This document shows positions 51,838-64,000 of a DNA stretch of 64,000 bases, piece after piece. The DNA is taken from contig NC_086097.1 of assembly GCF_963921235.1 (NCBI RefSeq), positions 145,702,001 to 145,766,000 on the forward strand, written 5' to 3'. The DNA is from Mobula hypostoma (Eukaryota). Numbering within the stretch: position 1 is the stretch's first letter; every line of letters starts with the position of its first letter. A program made the position numbers and the translations under genes. Below the pieces are notes generated by a model that had not been told where the DNA came from, made no database searches, and was given only the letters and a program-made list of their open reading frames with translations.

Positions 51838-54483
51838 GTACCTCTTCCTAGAGATGCTGCCTGGCCTGCTGCATTCACCAGCAATTTTGATGTGTGTTGC
51901 TTAAAAGGAAACTAAGAAGGTCATTAAGAGGGAAAAGATAAACTATGAAAGGAAGCTAGCAAATAATATCAAAGAGGATACTAAAAGTTTTTTCAAGTAT
52001 ATAAAGAGTAAAGGACAGGTGAGGGTATATAGAACCGATAGAAGATGATGCTGGAGAAATTGTAATGGGAGATAAGGAGATGGTGGAGGAACTGAACGAG
52101 TATTTTGCATCAGTCTTCACTGAGGAAGACATCAGCAGTATACCGGACACTCAAGGGTGGCAGGGAAGAGAAGTGTGTGCAGTCACAATTCCGACAGAGA
52201 AAGTACTCAGGAAGCTGAATAGTCTAAAGGTAGATAAATCTCCCGGATCAGATGGAATGCACCCTCATGTTCTGAAGGAAGTAGCTGTGGAGATTGCGGA
52301 AGCATTAGCGATGATCTTTCAAAAGTTGATAGATTATAGCATGGTTCTGGAGGACTGGAAGATTGCAAGTGTCACTCCGCTATTTAAGAAGGAGGCAAGG
52401 AAGCAAAAAGGAAATTATAGACCTGTTAGCTTGACATCGGTGGTTGGGAAGTTGTTGGAGTTGATTGTCAAGTATGAGGTTACGGAGTACCTGGAGGCAT
52501 ATGATAAGATAGGCAGAACTCAGCATGGTTTCCTTAAAGGAAAATCCTGCCTGACAAACCTAATACAATTTTTTGAGGAAATTACAAGTAGGCTAGTCAA
52601 GGGAGATGCAGTGGATGTTGTATATTTGGATTTTCAGAAGGCCTTTGACAAGGTGCCACACATGAGGCTGTTTAATAAAATAGGAGCCCATGGAATTACA
52701 GGAAAGTTACATACGTGGATAGGGCATTGGCTGATTGGCAGGAAGCAGGGATCCTATTCTGATTGGCTGCCAGTTACCAGTGGTGTTCCACAAGGGTCCG
52801 TGTTGGGGCTGCTTCTTTTTACGTTGTACATCAACAATTTGGATTATGGAATAGATGGCTTTGTGGCTAAGTTTGCTGATGATACAAAGATTGGTGGAGG
52901 GGCTGGTAGTGCTGAGGAAACAGAGAGTCTGCAGAGAGACTTGGATAGATTGGAAGAATGGGCAAAGAAGTGGCAAATGAAATACAACGTTGGAAAGTGT
53001 GTGGTTATGCACTTTGGCAGAAGAAACTAATGGGCAGACCATTATTTAAATAGGGAGAGAATTCAAAGTTCTGAGATGCAACGGGACTTGGGAGTCCTCA
53101 TGCAGGATACCCTTAAGGTTAACCTCCAGGCTGAGTTGGTGGTGAAGAAGGCGAATGCAATGTTGGCATTCATTTCTAGAGGAACAGAGTATAGGAGCAG
53201 GGATGTGATGTTGAGGCTCTATAAGGCGCTGGTGAGACCTCACTTGGAGTACTGTGGGCAGTTTTGGTCTCCTTATTTAAGAAAGGATGTGCTGACGTTG
53301 GAGAGGGTACAGAGAGATTCACTAGAATGATTCTGGGAATGAGAGGGTTAACATATGAGGAACATTTGTCCGCTCTTGGACTATATTCCTTGGAGTTTAG
53401 AAGAATGAGGGGGGATCTCATAGAAACATTTCAATTGTTGAAAGGCATGGACAGAGTGGACGTGGCAAAGTTGTTTCTCATGATGGGGGAGTCTAGTACG
53501 AGAGGGCACGACTTAAGGATTGAAGGGCGCCCACTCAGAACAGAGACGCGAAGAATTTTTTTTTAGCCAGAGGGTGGTGAATTTATGGAATTTGTTGCCA
53601 TGGGCGGCAGTGGAGGCTAAGTCATTGGGTGTATTTAAGGCAGAGATTGATAGGTATCTGAGTAGCCAGGGCATCAAAGGTTATGGTGAGAAGGCGGGGG
53701 AGTGGGAAGAAATGGGAGAATGGATCAGCTCATGACAAATGGTGGAGCAAACTTGATGGGTCAAATGGCCGAATTCTGCTCTTTTGTCTTATGGTCTTAT
53801 GGTCTTATTACTGTAGTCAGAGGGTGGTAAATCTGTGGAATTTGTTGCCATGAGCAGCGTTGGAGGCCAAATCATTGGGTGCATTTAGGCAGAGATAAAT
53901 AGGTTCTTGATTAGCCAGGACATCAGAGGGTATGGGGAGAAGGCAGGGGAGTTGGGATGATTGGAAGAATTGGATCAGCCCATGATTGAATGGCGGAGCA
54001 GACTTGATGGGCCGAGTGGCCCACTTCTTCTCCTATAACTTATGGTCTTATGGTCTTATAAGGCGAAAACACTGCAGAACATCTCTGTTTGGTTCACAAG
54101 GATAACCTAATCTTCTTTCTGTCTGTCATTTTAGCTCTGCATTACACCCCCACTCTGAAATATCCATCTGCCGCCTTCTGTTCCAGCAATGGCCAGCATA
54201 AGTTTGAGGAACAGTATTTAATCTTCCATATATGCACAATTGGAAACTTCAGGACTCAATATCAAGTTGGACAATTGCATATAACATTGTTTTTTTTGTT
54301 TGTATGATCACTGGGCATAACTGTGGTATCCATTGTATTATTTACTCTGCTCGTCTCCTTCCATCGACATTGCCTGGTCTCCTGGGCATTTCAGACATTT
54401 TAAATCCTAAATCATGACAACCTAATAGAAACTAATCCTTCCTACTTACTTTGTCCAGACCCCTTATACAATTCCCTAACTCA

Positions 54484-54942
54484 TGTGAGCGATCACAGCT
54501 ATTGTGGCGTGATTGAAATCACTGGAGAGAGAGTTACTGGTAGATACAAAGCAGCTTCTTTATTCAACAAAACAAAGTTCAGCAGGCATCATACGGATGG
54601 AGACACTTTCTGTGGAAAGGTCTGCTGCCCAACGTGGGGCTCGATATTTATTTGCTACACACAAAGGGCAATCATATTTACAAAGTATAGAGAATGCTTT
54701 CTTTTGAAGCTACATACAAAACTTAACACCTGAATTCGTTCATCCGACAGGCGCCAGCAGGTCTGGGCTGGTATTCACAGTTTTTAGGAAATGCATTGTT
54801 ACAATTGGACTTGGATTCTGATATTCACAGCTTTTAGGAAATGCATTGTTACAGAAGACTGGTGTCCAAAGTCATTTGCTACGTGTGAATGACCTAAACC
54901 CAAAAATTACTCTAAAAACAGCCAACCAAATTTTCCCTCACA
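54484..54942 (-). mobile_element. Probable solo LTR
   Basis: Termini TGTGAG...CTCACA, minus-strand AATAAA at ~54559-54564, internal 50-bp-period duplication (54772-54860). No clear TSD. Confidence 0.5.
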
Positions 54943-57900
54943 GCTACAACTTTCCAACTGAGCTGCATCCTCATAAGACTCCGCTGTACATATCCAGTGT
55001 GATTGCATCTTTCTCTAATGTCTGTTGACCAGAATTCTAAATAGTACTCAAGATGTGGCCTCACTAATGGTGTATACCGTGTTAGGATAACTTCCCTGCA
55101 CCTTGGATGCTATGCCTCAATTAATACAGGGAAGCATCTAGCATGCTTTTTTAAACCATTTTACTATCCTGCCTCCTTTAAGAATAAGTTAACCTGAAGT
55201 TTAAGGTATGTTTGTTCCTCCCCACCTCTCAATATCTTCCCATTTACTGTATATTGCCTTGGCTTACCGCTCAGTCTCAATTTGCCTCTTTGTTCTTTCA
55301 GTCCAATGCTTTCCCATTCACTGTCAACTATTTGGACAATCTCTGTAAACTTCTGTATAATTTATGAACAGAAAGCAGACTGTGTCTCTGTCCTGAGAAA
55401 TCCCACTGGCAACAAACCTCCTGTCACAACAAAACATTTAAGCCATTAATCCTTTGCTTTCTGTCACTTAGATTTTGCATCCAATGTGTCTTCCACTTTT
55501 GGATCCTTTGGGTTTTTCCTTCTAACAAAATTAATATGGGTCTTTTAAATAGAACGTATGAAGAACAAGGAAAGACAGAGAAATTAAATAAATACTTTGT
55601 GGCCATCTTCACAGAGGAATGTTCATGCAGATCAGTAGCCATATTTCCAGATTGATAACATCATCATGTTGAGAGGTGGGCTTATTGCCTGATGGTTGAC
55701 ATGGAGGAGTGGGTGAATGGTCCATTCCCATGCTCTATGACACTAAGATATAGTAAAATGGTGGAGAATATCAAATTAGACAATGGACATTAGAAAGATG
55801 GAGAAATGAAAGTGGCTGAAAGTTAATAAGTATCCAGCACCTGCAGATAATTTGAAGGCTGCGGTATTGTAGTTTGTGAGGAGGACCTGTATCTGAAGAT
55901 TTTGAAAGACCACTCAAGAAAGAAGAGGGAGGCAAAAAGAGAAATTACAGTTCAGTTGTAAGGAAGTGTTAGAGTCTATCATAATTGTTATTATGGCATG
56001 TAGAAAATAAAAGTAGGATTGGACAGAGTCAACATGGATTGATGAAATCTGGTTGTTTTTTTTTGACATTGCAGCTAATGGATACCAGTGGATTTGGTGT
56101 ATCTGGACTCTCAGAAGGGCTTTGTAAGATATTTGGTGTCGTATACTGCCCTGTAGGTTAACAGACAGTAACTAGAAAGTTGGAGTAAATGGGATGATTT
56201 TCAGCTGGGAGGCTGTGATGTTTGAGTACTAAAGCCAAGTCTGCACCTGTTACAAGTATTATTGATTTGGAAACAGGTGTAATATATCCATGTTTTCAGA
56301 TTATTTGAAGCTCGTGGCACTAAGGTTTGTAAGGTGGATGCCTCATAAGCAAAGGGTAAAGTCAGTCTATGTGAATGGGTGAGGACATGGCAGATGGAAA
56401 CTAATACGGACAATGATGAAGATAAAAAAACTGGAAGGCAGAGTATTTTTATTGGTGGTGAGAGATGGAAAGGTCTTGTTCAGGAGGGCCTAAGCGTCCT
56501 TGTACATAAATCACCAAATGCCAGCCTGCAGGTTGAGCAAACAATTAGAAAGAATTAGAGAGGCAAACAATATATTGATCTTAATTTTAAGTGTTTTGAG
56601 TTCAGAAGTAAAGATGTCTTACTGCAATTCCAACATTCCCGCTGATTTTTTTTTACAGCCGCGCAGACCAACCATTGCTCAAAGCAAGAAATTTGTTCAT
56701 GGCCTGAAAACTATGTGCCACTTTAGCAAAACATTATCTAAAAGGAGATTCCAGCTGCACAGGAGCAAAGGCTTGATGTGATGGAGCATTTCAGTGACTG
56801 CGCGGCCACACACCCGCACAGCTTACAGGGAACAGTGGTTAGGACCCTGGTAAGAGTGCACCTGGAGTATTGAGTGTAAGTCTGGTCTCTCTAGCTGAGG
56901 AAAAAGTATTCAGTGTGCTTGCCTACATCGGTCAGGGCATTGAGTACAAGAGTTGGGATGGCTTGATATGGCAACTGCATTTCCCAAGACCACAAGGAAC
57001 GGCAGAGGGTTGTGCATATAGCACAGTACATTACAGAAACCAACCTCCCTTCCATGGACTCTGTCGACACTTCCCTCTGCCTCAGTAAAGCAGCCAGCCA
57101 TAATCAGAGACCCCCCCACCCACCCCAGACATTCTCTCTTTATCCCCCATCTGCTCCCCACCATCGATACAAAATACAAAAGCCTCAAAGCGTATCTACT
57201 AGGCTCAAGGCAGTTTCTATCCCACTGTTTTACGATTATTGTTCATTGCCTAGTATGATTAAATGGACTCTTCACCTCACAATCTCTCTCGGTATGGCCT
57301 TGCACCTTAAGATCTGCCTGCTCTGCACCTTCTCTGTAACTGTAACATCTGATTCTACATTCTTTATTGTTTTCCCTTGTACTCTGTCAAAGCACAGTTG
57401 TAATAAAACAAACTGTATGGATGGCATGCAGAGCTTTTCATTGTATCTCTGTGCATGTGAGAACAGTAAGCTAATTCACTAATTTACCAATTTACACCTT
57501 GCAGTTCTGGTCACTTCAGTTATAGGAAGGACGTCTGTAAACTGGACTTGATGCAGAAAAATCTTACAAAGCAGTTACCAGTACTGAAGGTGTGAGATGC
57601 AAAGAGATACTGTGAAAAAGGCTGTGCCGTTTTTCCCTGGCACATAGGAGGTTGAGGGACTATAGAGATTTATAAGGTCTTGAGATGCATGCATAATATG
57701 AATGGTCACAATCTTTTACCCAGGGTAAGGAAGATTAAATCTACTGGGTATAGTTTTAAGGTGAGAAGGAAGGATTTCAAGGGTACCTGAGGATCAATCT
57801 TTTCACACAGGTGATGGGAGTGGAGGTAATATGGAAGGAGCTGCCAGAGGAAGTTGCAGAAGCAAGTACAATTATGTTTAAAATATACTTTGACAGCTAC

Positions 57901-57947
57901 ATGGATAACAAGTGTTTATGGAATATCGGCCAAAAACAGGGAATTAT

Positions 57948-59160
57948 CTCAAAGACACAAGGGGTACTGCAGATGCTGGAAATCTAGAGCAATACACACA
58001 ATGTGCTGGAGGAGCTCAGCAGGTCAGGCAGCATCTACGGATGGGAATAAACAGTTGGCGTTTCAGGCTGAGACCTTTCATCAGGACCCGAGACGGAGGG
58101 GGAAGAAATCAGAAAAAGGAGGTGGGGGAGAGGAGGAAGAAGTACAAGGAGGCAGGTGATAGGTGAAATCGAGAGAGGGGAAGGGGGTAAAGTAAAGAGC
58201 TGGAAGGTTGATTGCTGGAAGAGATAAACGGCTGGGGAAGGGAGAATCTGACAGGAGAGGACAGAAACCATGGAAGGAAGGGAAGTGGGAGGAGCACCAG
58301 AGGGACATGATGGGCAGGTAGGAAGAGAATGTGTGAGAGGGAAACAAGAACGGGGAATGCTGAAGAAGAGGACAGAGCAGCGATTACCTGAAGTTCGAGA
58401 AATCGATGTTTATGCCATCAGGTTGGAGGCTACCCAGACAGAATATAAGGTGTTGCATTTCCACCTGAGTGAGGTCTCATCATGGCAGTAGAGGAGGCCA
58501 ATGACTGACCTGTTGGAATGGGAATGGGAAGTGGAACTAAAGTGGGTGGCCACCAGGAGATCCTGCTTTTACTGACAGATAGAGTGAAGGTGCTTGGCGA
58601 AGCAGTCTCCCAGTCTATGTAGGGTCTCTCCAAGATACAGGAGGCTACACTGGGAGCACCAGATACAGTAGATGATCCCAACAGGCTCACAGATGAAGTG
58701 TCACCTCACCTGAGAGGACTGATTGGGGCCCTGAATAGTAGTGAGGGAGGAGGTGTAGGGTCAGGTGTGGTATGTGTTCCACTTGCAAGGATAAGTACTG
58801 GGAGGGAGATCGGGGGGTGGGAGGGACGAGTGGACAAAGGAATTGCGTAGGGAGCGGAAAGTGGAAAGTGCGAGGGTGGGAAAGATGTGTTTGGTGGTGG
58901 GATCCTGTTGGAGATGGCAGAAGTTACGGAGAATTATGTGCTGGATGCAGGGGCTGATAGGGTGGTAGGCGAGGACAAGAGGAACCCTATCCCTGGTGTG
59001 GCAGTGGGTGGATGGGATGAGGGCAGATGTGCACAAAATGGAAGAGATGCAGGAGGGGGCAGTATTGATGGTGGAGGAAGGGAAGCCCCTTTCTTTGAAG
59101 AAGGAGGACATCTCAGTTGTTCTTGAATGAAAAGCCTCATCCTGAGAACAGATGTGGCGG
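57948..59160 (-). mobile_element. Older 5'-truncated Penelope-like element
   Basis: MSSFFKERGFPSSTIN...VPLVLAYHP, decayed GIY-YIG, terminal repeat with CTGATGA...GAAA (~58052-58088). Confidence 0.88.
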
Positions 59161-60330
59161 AATTAACTCAGGTAGACAACCTGGTCAGTTTGGACCAGTT
59201 TAGACATGCTGTATGACTCCATAATTCTATGGCTATTAAGAATCTACTTGCAATTGAGGGAGTACAACAAAAGTTCACCAAATTGATTCCTGGGATGAGG
59301 GATGAAGCATCAGATAAGTTTTCCATTGAACCCTGTGTGTACAGGTATTTGTGATGTGACAATAAACTTGTCATATGACTGACTGCTGTGACCCACTGAG
59401 CGACTCCAGCTGTTAGATTTTAATTGGTGTTTCTTTAGTGGCAGATGCCCTTCTCTGAATGCTGTGCAATTAGGTGTCAGGAGCTATGTTGAATTGTTTG
59501 TGGTCCTGTCAAGAGCCAAACAAACCCCATTTTCAAATTTCTTCCTGAGTGTAAATTGCCGTAATGCTGTCTCAAATCGGTTATGACCAAGTCTCAAAAT
59601 TCTTGAGGTGACTAGTGATAAATCCTTTAGTACTTCAAAAAAACAAGAAATTCTGCAGATGCTGGAAATCCAGAGCAACTTCAAAATAATTCAAAAATAA
59701 GTGAAAGCAAATTACAAGGTAATAGAATCCAATCTTCACCTGTCAAGGACATAGATTTTGTTCTTATAGCCTAACTCAAGGATTGTACCTGATTCTCAGG
59801 TGTTTATTTGCCTGTGTGGAACTAATGGTTTTCCATTACTTTGGTACATTTCCACTCAGTATTTGAAACATGCCAGGTTTATCAATGTCAACCTACAATA
59901 CCTTCCCCTTGCAAAATGGGAAAAATTGCACCTGGATGTATTGGAAGGCTGGTCTACAATGTTTATGATTAGATATCCCTGCAATGATTAATAAATAAAT
60001 ATTTTTTTTGTTTCTTTTCCGATCTCTCCCTCTGTTTCGGCAGCTCACAGTTCTCACAGTGGGATCTCTGAAAAAGTTGCAACTCAAAGATTAAACATCA
60101 ACTTTATTTGCCATGTGTATTTACATGTATTAGGAAATTAGGAAGCAGCTTAAAATAAGCACCAGATTATAGGATCTGTTTGAATGAGCAAGGTTCTCCA
60201 GTTCATTTGGTTTCAAGCATTTTGAATAACATTTAAAATACTTCTCAAGTTTTGGCATCTGATAATACACATATAGATATTACAGTAGATGACCCCAAGA
60301 ATTGTTATCAAGGATAAGTTTCTGGTCATG

Positions 60331-60645
60331 CAACACATACAAAATGCTGGAGGACCTCAGCAGATTAGACAATGTCTATAGAGGGAAATTAACAGTCCAC
60401 CTTCACGAGATCACAAGATCACAAGACAAAGGAGCAGAAGTAGGCCATTCGGCCCATCGAGTCTACTCCGCAGCTCCCCCATGAGCTAAACTAATCTTGA
60501 GCTAAGACGCTTCATCAGGACTGATGATCAGGCCCGAAACATCAATTGCTTATTTCCCTGCATACATGCTGCCCAACCTGCTGAATTCCTCCAGTCTCTT
60601 AGTGGTGCTCAAGGTCTCCAGCAGCTACAGCTTCTCTTGCGTCTC
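60331..60645. mobile_element. Short palindromic Penelope-derived element with a CR1 3'-tail insert
   Basis: Inverted arms with centre TCATCAG-GA-CTGATGA (60512-60527). ~90-bp CR1 3' end at ~60403-60496. Confidence 0.75.
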
Positions 60646-61059
60646 TTCACTGAGAGGGTTGTGAGATCATGGAATGAGCTGCCCCCACAGGTGGTGCATG
60701 CGAGCTCAATTTCAACGTTTAAGAGAAGTTTGGATGGGATATGGAGGGATATGGTGCCTTGCAGGTCGATAGGAGTAGACAGTTTAAAGATTCAGCATGG
60801 ACTAGACGGCCAAAGGGCCTGTTTCTGTGCTGTACTTTTCTATGAATCTGATTGTACAAAATCTGGTGTGAACCCAGTCATGTTGTGATAACCTTAAAGA
60901 GTTGTACAAAATTATGAAGGAAAAAGATGCAGGCTTATTCATAGAGAATCTGAGGGGAAAATTTATCACTCAGAGTGTGGTGTGAATGTGGAATGAGTTG
61001 CCAGCAGAAGTGATAAATGCAGGTTCAATTGTAAAATTTAAGAGTATTTTAGATAGGTA

Positions 61060-62539
61060 CAGTGGAGCTAGATACAGTAGAAGCTAGATAAAGAGAATCC
61101 AATTAAATAAATAACACAAAAAACATTATACTTGTTCATTTATTTATTGAGAAAAATGATCCAACATTACATGTGTTTGTTGTGAACTTCTGGGGTAATG
61201 CTTCCTACAAAAGTTATTTGGAGTTAGGTGTTTCAATCAATGAGATGAGATTGGTGGTGTGGGTTGTAAAGGTGCCCTGCCCTATAAAAAAGACACACAA
61301 AGTCAGGTTACTGACAGAGCCTGCTCTCCTCAAGAAAGATCTGTTTATGTGCATAATGCCTCGATTAAAACAATTTTCAGCAGACCTTAGAAGAAGAATT
61401 GTAGAGATGCATGAAGCTGGAAAAGGCTACAAAAGCATTTCTAAAGACCTGAGTGTTCATCAGTCCACAGTAACAGAACTTGTCTACAAATGGAGAAAAC
61501 TCAGTACATTGCTACTCTCCTGCGGAGTAGGTATCCTGCAAAGATCACACCAAGAGCACAATGTGCAATGCTGGGGGGGGGGGTGGGGTGATAAAGAACC
61601 CAAGGGTAACAGCAAAATACATGCAGAAATCTCTAGAACTTGCTAAAGTCTCTGTTCATGTATCCACTACAAGAAAAACACTGAACAAGAATGGTGTTCA
61701 TGGAGGGACACCACGGAGGAAACCACTACTCTCCAAAAAAACATTGCTGCATGTCCCAAGTTTGCAAAAGACCACCTGGATGGTCTACAATACTTCTGGG
61801 ACAAAGTTCTGTGGACAGATGAGACAAAAGTTGACATTTTTGGCAGAAATGCACATTGCTATGTTTGGAAGAAAAAGGGCACTGCACACCAACACCAAAA
61901 CTTCATCCCAACTGTGAAGCATACAATCACTGAGGGAACAATGAATTCAAAATTGTATCAAGACATTTTACAGGAGAATGTCAGGGCAGCAGTCCGTCAC
62001 CTGAAGCTTAATAGAAGTTGAATAATGCAACAAGGCAATGATCTGAAAGATGAGAGTAAATCAACAACAGAATAGTTTTTTAAAAAAGAAAATTTACATT
62101 TTGGAATGGGTAAGTCAACGACCTGACCTTAATCCTATAGAAATGTTGTGCAAGGACTTGAAGCAAGCAGTTCATGTAAAGAAACCCACTAACATCCCAG
62201 AGTTGAAACAGTTTTGTAAGGAGGAATGACCTAAAATTCCTCCAAGCCGATGTGTAGGACTGATCAACAGTTACCAGAAACGTTTGGTTGAAGTTATTGC
62301 TGTACAAGGGGGTCACACCAGTTACTGAAAGCAAAGGTTCACATACTTTTTCCAGCAAATACATATAATATTGAATCATTTTTCTCAATAAATGAACAAG
62401 TGTAATTTTTTTGTGTTATTTAATTGTGTTCTCTTTATCTAGTTTTAGGATTTACATGAAGTTCCGATCACATTTTAGGTCATATTTATGCAGATATAGA
62501 GAAAATTCTACAGGGTTCACAAACTTTCTAGCACCACTG
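61060..62539 (+). mobile_element. Second Tc1/mariner transposon (different family); transposase pseudogene 61356-62328
   Basis: TA|CAGTGGAGCTAG ... CTAGCACCACTG|TA. MPRLKQFSADLRRRIVEMHEAGKGYKSISKDL, LWTDETK, PDLNPIEML, GGHTSY*. Frameshifts. Inserted in a CR1 3' fragment. Confidence 0.92.
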
Positions 62540-62620
62540 TACCTGGATGGAAGGGTATTGGAAGGATATGATCCAGGTTCAGGTATACGAAAATAGGCAG
62601 AAGATCAGATCAGTATGGAC

Positions 62621-64000
62621 TGTTATGGTAGTTGATAGCAGTATTCCTATACCACTCAGTTAGCCACTCCCATATGGGAGGAGTTCACATACTGTACAAG
62701 CAGAGTTATTAATAAAGGTTGGTTGAATATTCAGCAAACCTGGTGTCACGGTGCTCTCTGCATTGCTACAGATCAAGAGAGATCCCCATCAAGAAAAAAC
62801 TTACAGTAAGTCCGTCCTTGTTCGCAAGTATCAATGAAAAATATCTGGAGATAACAATCAAAACTGCCTATGGTAGTTACTAATTGTATGTACCATGAGG
62901 CAGAGCTGAGAACTGGCCCAGGGTTGCTAGCTAATGCCTTATAGCTACGCCCAAAAGTGGATACATTGTAATAATCTGTGGGCCACTGCCCTGTGACACA
63001 GATACAGCAGATAAGTCAAAGAAGTCAGTCAAAGTCTCAGGGAGAGAGAGGAAAAAAGACTTTTGTAGTTCAAATTAAAAAGGTCAAAGAAAGACATGAA
63101 TCAGAAGAAGAGAGAACTTTCCTTGGGGTTCTAGATTCAAATAGATGAGGCTGGTGTATTACGGTTCAATTGCAAAATGAGGCAGTGATGTTCAAAATAG
63201 ACACTGGGGCAGATGTCACAGCCATCAATAAATGACTGTTCAAAAAACTGGCAAAGAAAACAGGCATTATGCTAAACCCAACAAAGAAAGTGCTCACTGG
63301 ACCAGGGAAATATAAGCTCAGTGAAAAAAGAACATTTACTGCTTTCATCCCTAAAGTTGAGAAACAGCTAAAAAACGATGGCTATGTTGTTCAGAATCTC
63401 TTCTAACCATTACTGAGAAGACATGCCATCAAGAAGCTGAATCTCTTTGCAAAGTTGGATCCGCTAAACAATCTTCAGTGGCAGGAGAATTACCTGGAGT
63501 TGTTCACAGGCCTGGGGGAACTGAAAGAAGACTACCTTATCCAGCTGAAGCCAGGATGATGCTCCACTCTCTGACCAAACCAGACATATACCAGTCCCAT
63601 TGATGAACAAAGTCAAAGCTGAACTTGAGAGCATCTCATCAGACCCTGAATTCTTTCAGATGAGGTTGAAGCACATTTCGGAAGGATTGGAGGGAGTAGT
63701 CTGCCACAAGGATAATGTCCTCATCTTAAGAGGTTCAAGTGAGGAACATGACAAAAGAGTGGAAGCTGCCTTGGAGAAAATGAAACAGGCTGGAATTACC
63801 CCCAAACAAAAAGAAACGTGAATTTGCAAAGTTGGAGGTGAAGTTCTTAGGCTACCAACTGCCCTCAGGCGAAGTTTAACCAGATTCAGACAAAATGGCA
63901 GGAGTTTGGAACATGGAACAGTCTGTGAATGTATTAGAAATCTGCAGTTTCCTTGGCATGGTAAACCAGCTGGAAAAGTTCATTCTGGATGTTGCGGAGA
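62621..64000 (+). mobile_element. Decayed, internally deleted Gypsy LTR retrotransposon (5' LTR ~62621-62770)
   Basis: TGTTATGG...AATAAA...GCTACA LTR-like segment. Protease FKIDTGADVTAI (~63190). RT LEGVVCHKDNVLI, EVKFLGY, SFLGMVNQLEKFI. Confidence 0.85.

Larger units (their letters stand above)
48948..51902 (-). mobile_element. Penelope-like retroelement with an inverted terminal repeat at its 5' end
   Basis: RT ORF 49742-50842 (RYIDN) and GIY-YIG ORF 49370-49696. Segment ~51490-51902 is the reverse complement of ~48976-49320. TSD AAAAGGAAACTAA at 48935-48947 and 51903-51915. Confidence 0.95.
47146..53808 (+). mobile_element. CR1 LINE copy B (esterase ORF1 + ORF2), split by a Penelope element
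   Basis: ORF 47153-47788 SGNH esterase (IGDSIV, VHVGTNDI). ORF2 pieces at 47929-48947 and 51903-53710. (TTATGGTC)n tail. Confidence 0.95.
44512..54059 (+). mobile_element. CR1 LINE copy A (ORF2 only), split at 47145/53809
   Basis: APE (VLYLNAHSI, YRPP) to RT and C-terminus. ...MWRN| resumes as |YCSQRVVNLWNLLP at 53809, ending in a (TTATGGTC)n tail. Confidence 0.92.
44150..54284 (+). mobile_element. Ancient Penelope-like remnant split by the CR1 nest
   Basis: Left part ...FTWTSFNLGYCIQFSSCGLL..CR (44430-44510) continues at 54061 as ..AEHLCLVHK...KFEEQYLIFH..SGLNIKLDN, i.e. one GIY-YIG domain in two halves. Confidence 0.75.

Noticed and set aside
59690..59752. ATG TCC TTG ACA G|GTGAAG after a TATA-like box as alternative elastase exon 1
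   Set aside because: It encodes no signal peptide and has a weak donor. A much better exon 1 exists at 43762-43795.

Overview
Repeat-dense vertebrate genomic DNA, most likely a cartilaginous fish (inferred from the HE1/V-SINE-like, CR1, Rex1 and Penelope repeat landscape). Two host genes lie in tandem on the minus strand; the ORF track misses one and shows only fragments of the other. (1) A complete 8-exon chymotrypsin-like elastase (CELA/CTRC-type) gene at 43795->16611 has GT-AG junctions throughout, an 807-nt CDS (268 aa) and an intact His-Asp-Ser triad. (2) Coding exon 1 of PTPN23 (HD-PTP) at 10979->10896 has an ETS/ZNF143-type promoter. The rest is mostly transposable elements, including two deep nests: Tc1 > Tigger/pogo > CR1 with an abutting LTR (1-6530), and old Penelope > CR1 > CR1 > young Penelope (44150-54284). 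The most notable unannotated structure is a set of minimal type-I hammerhead ribozymes in the Penelope terminal repeats, plus several short palindromic non-autonomous elements built from two inverted hammerhead-bearing ends. All family assignments come from motif recognition, not database searches.
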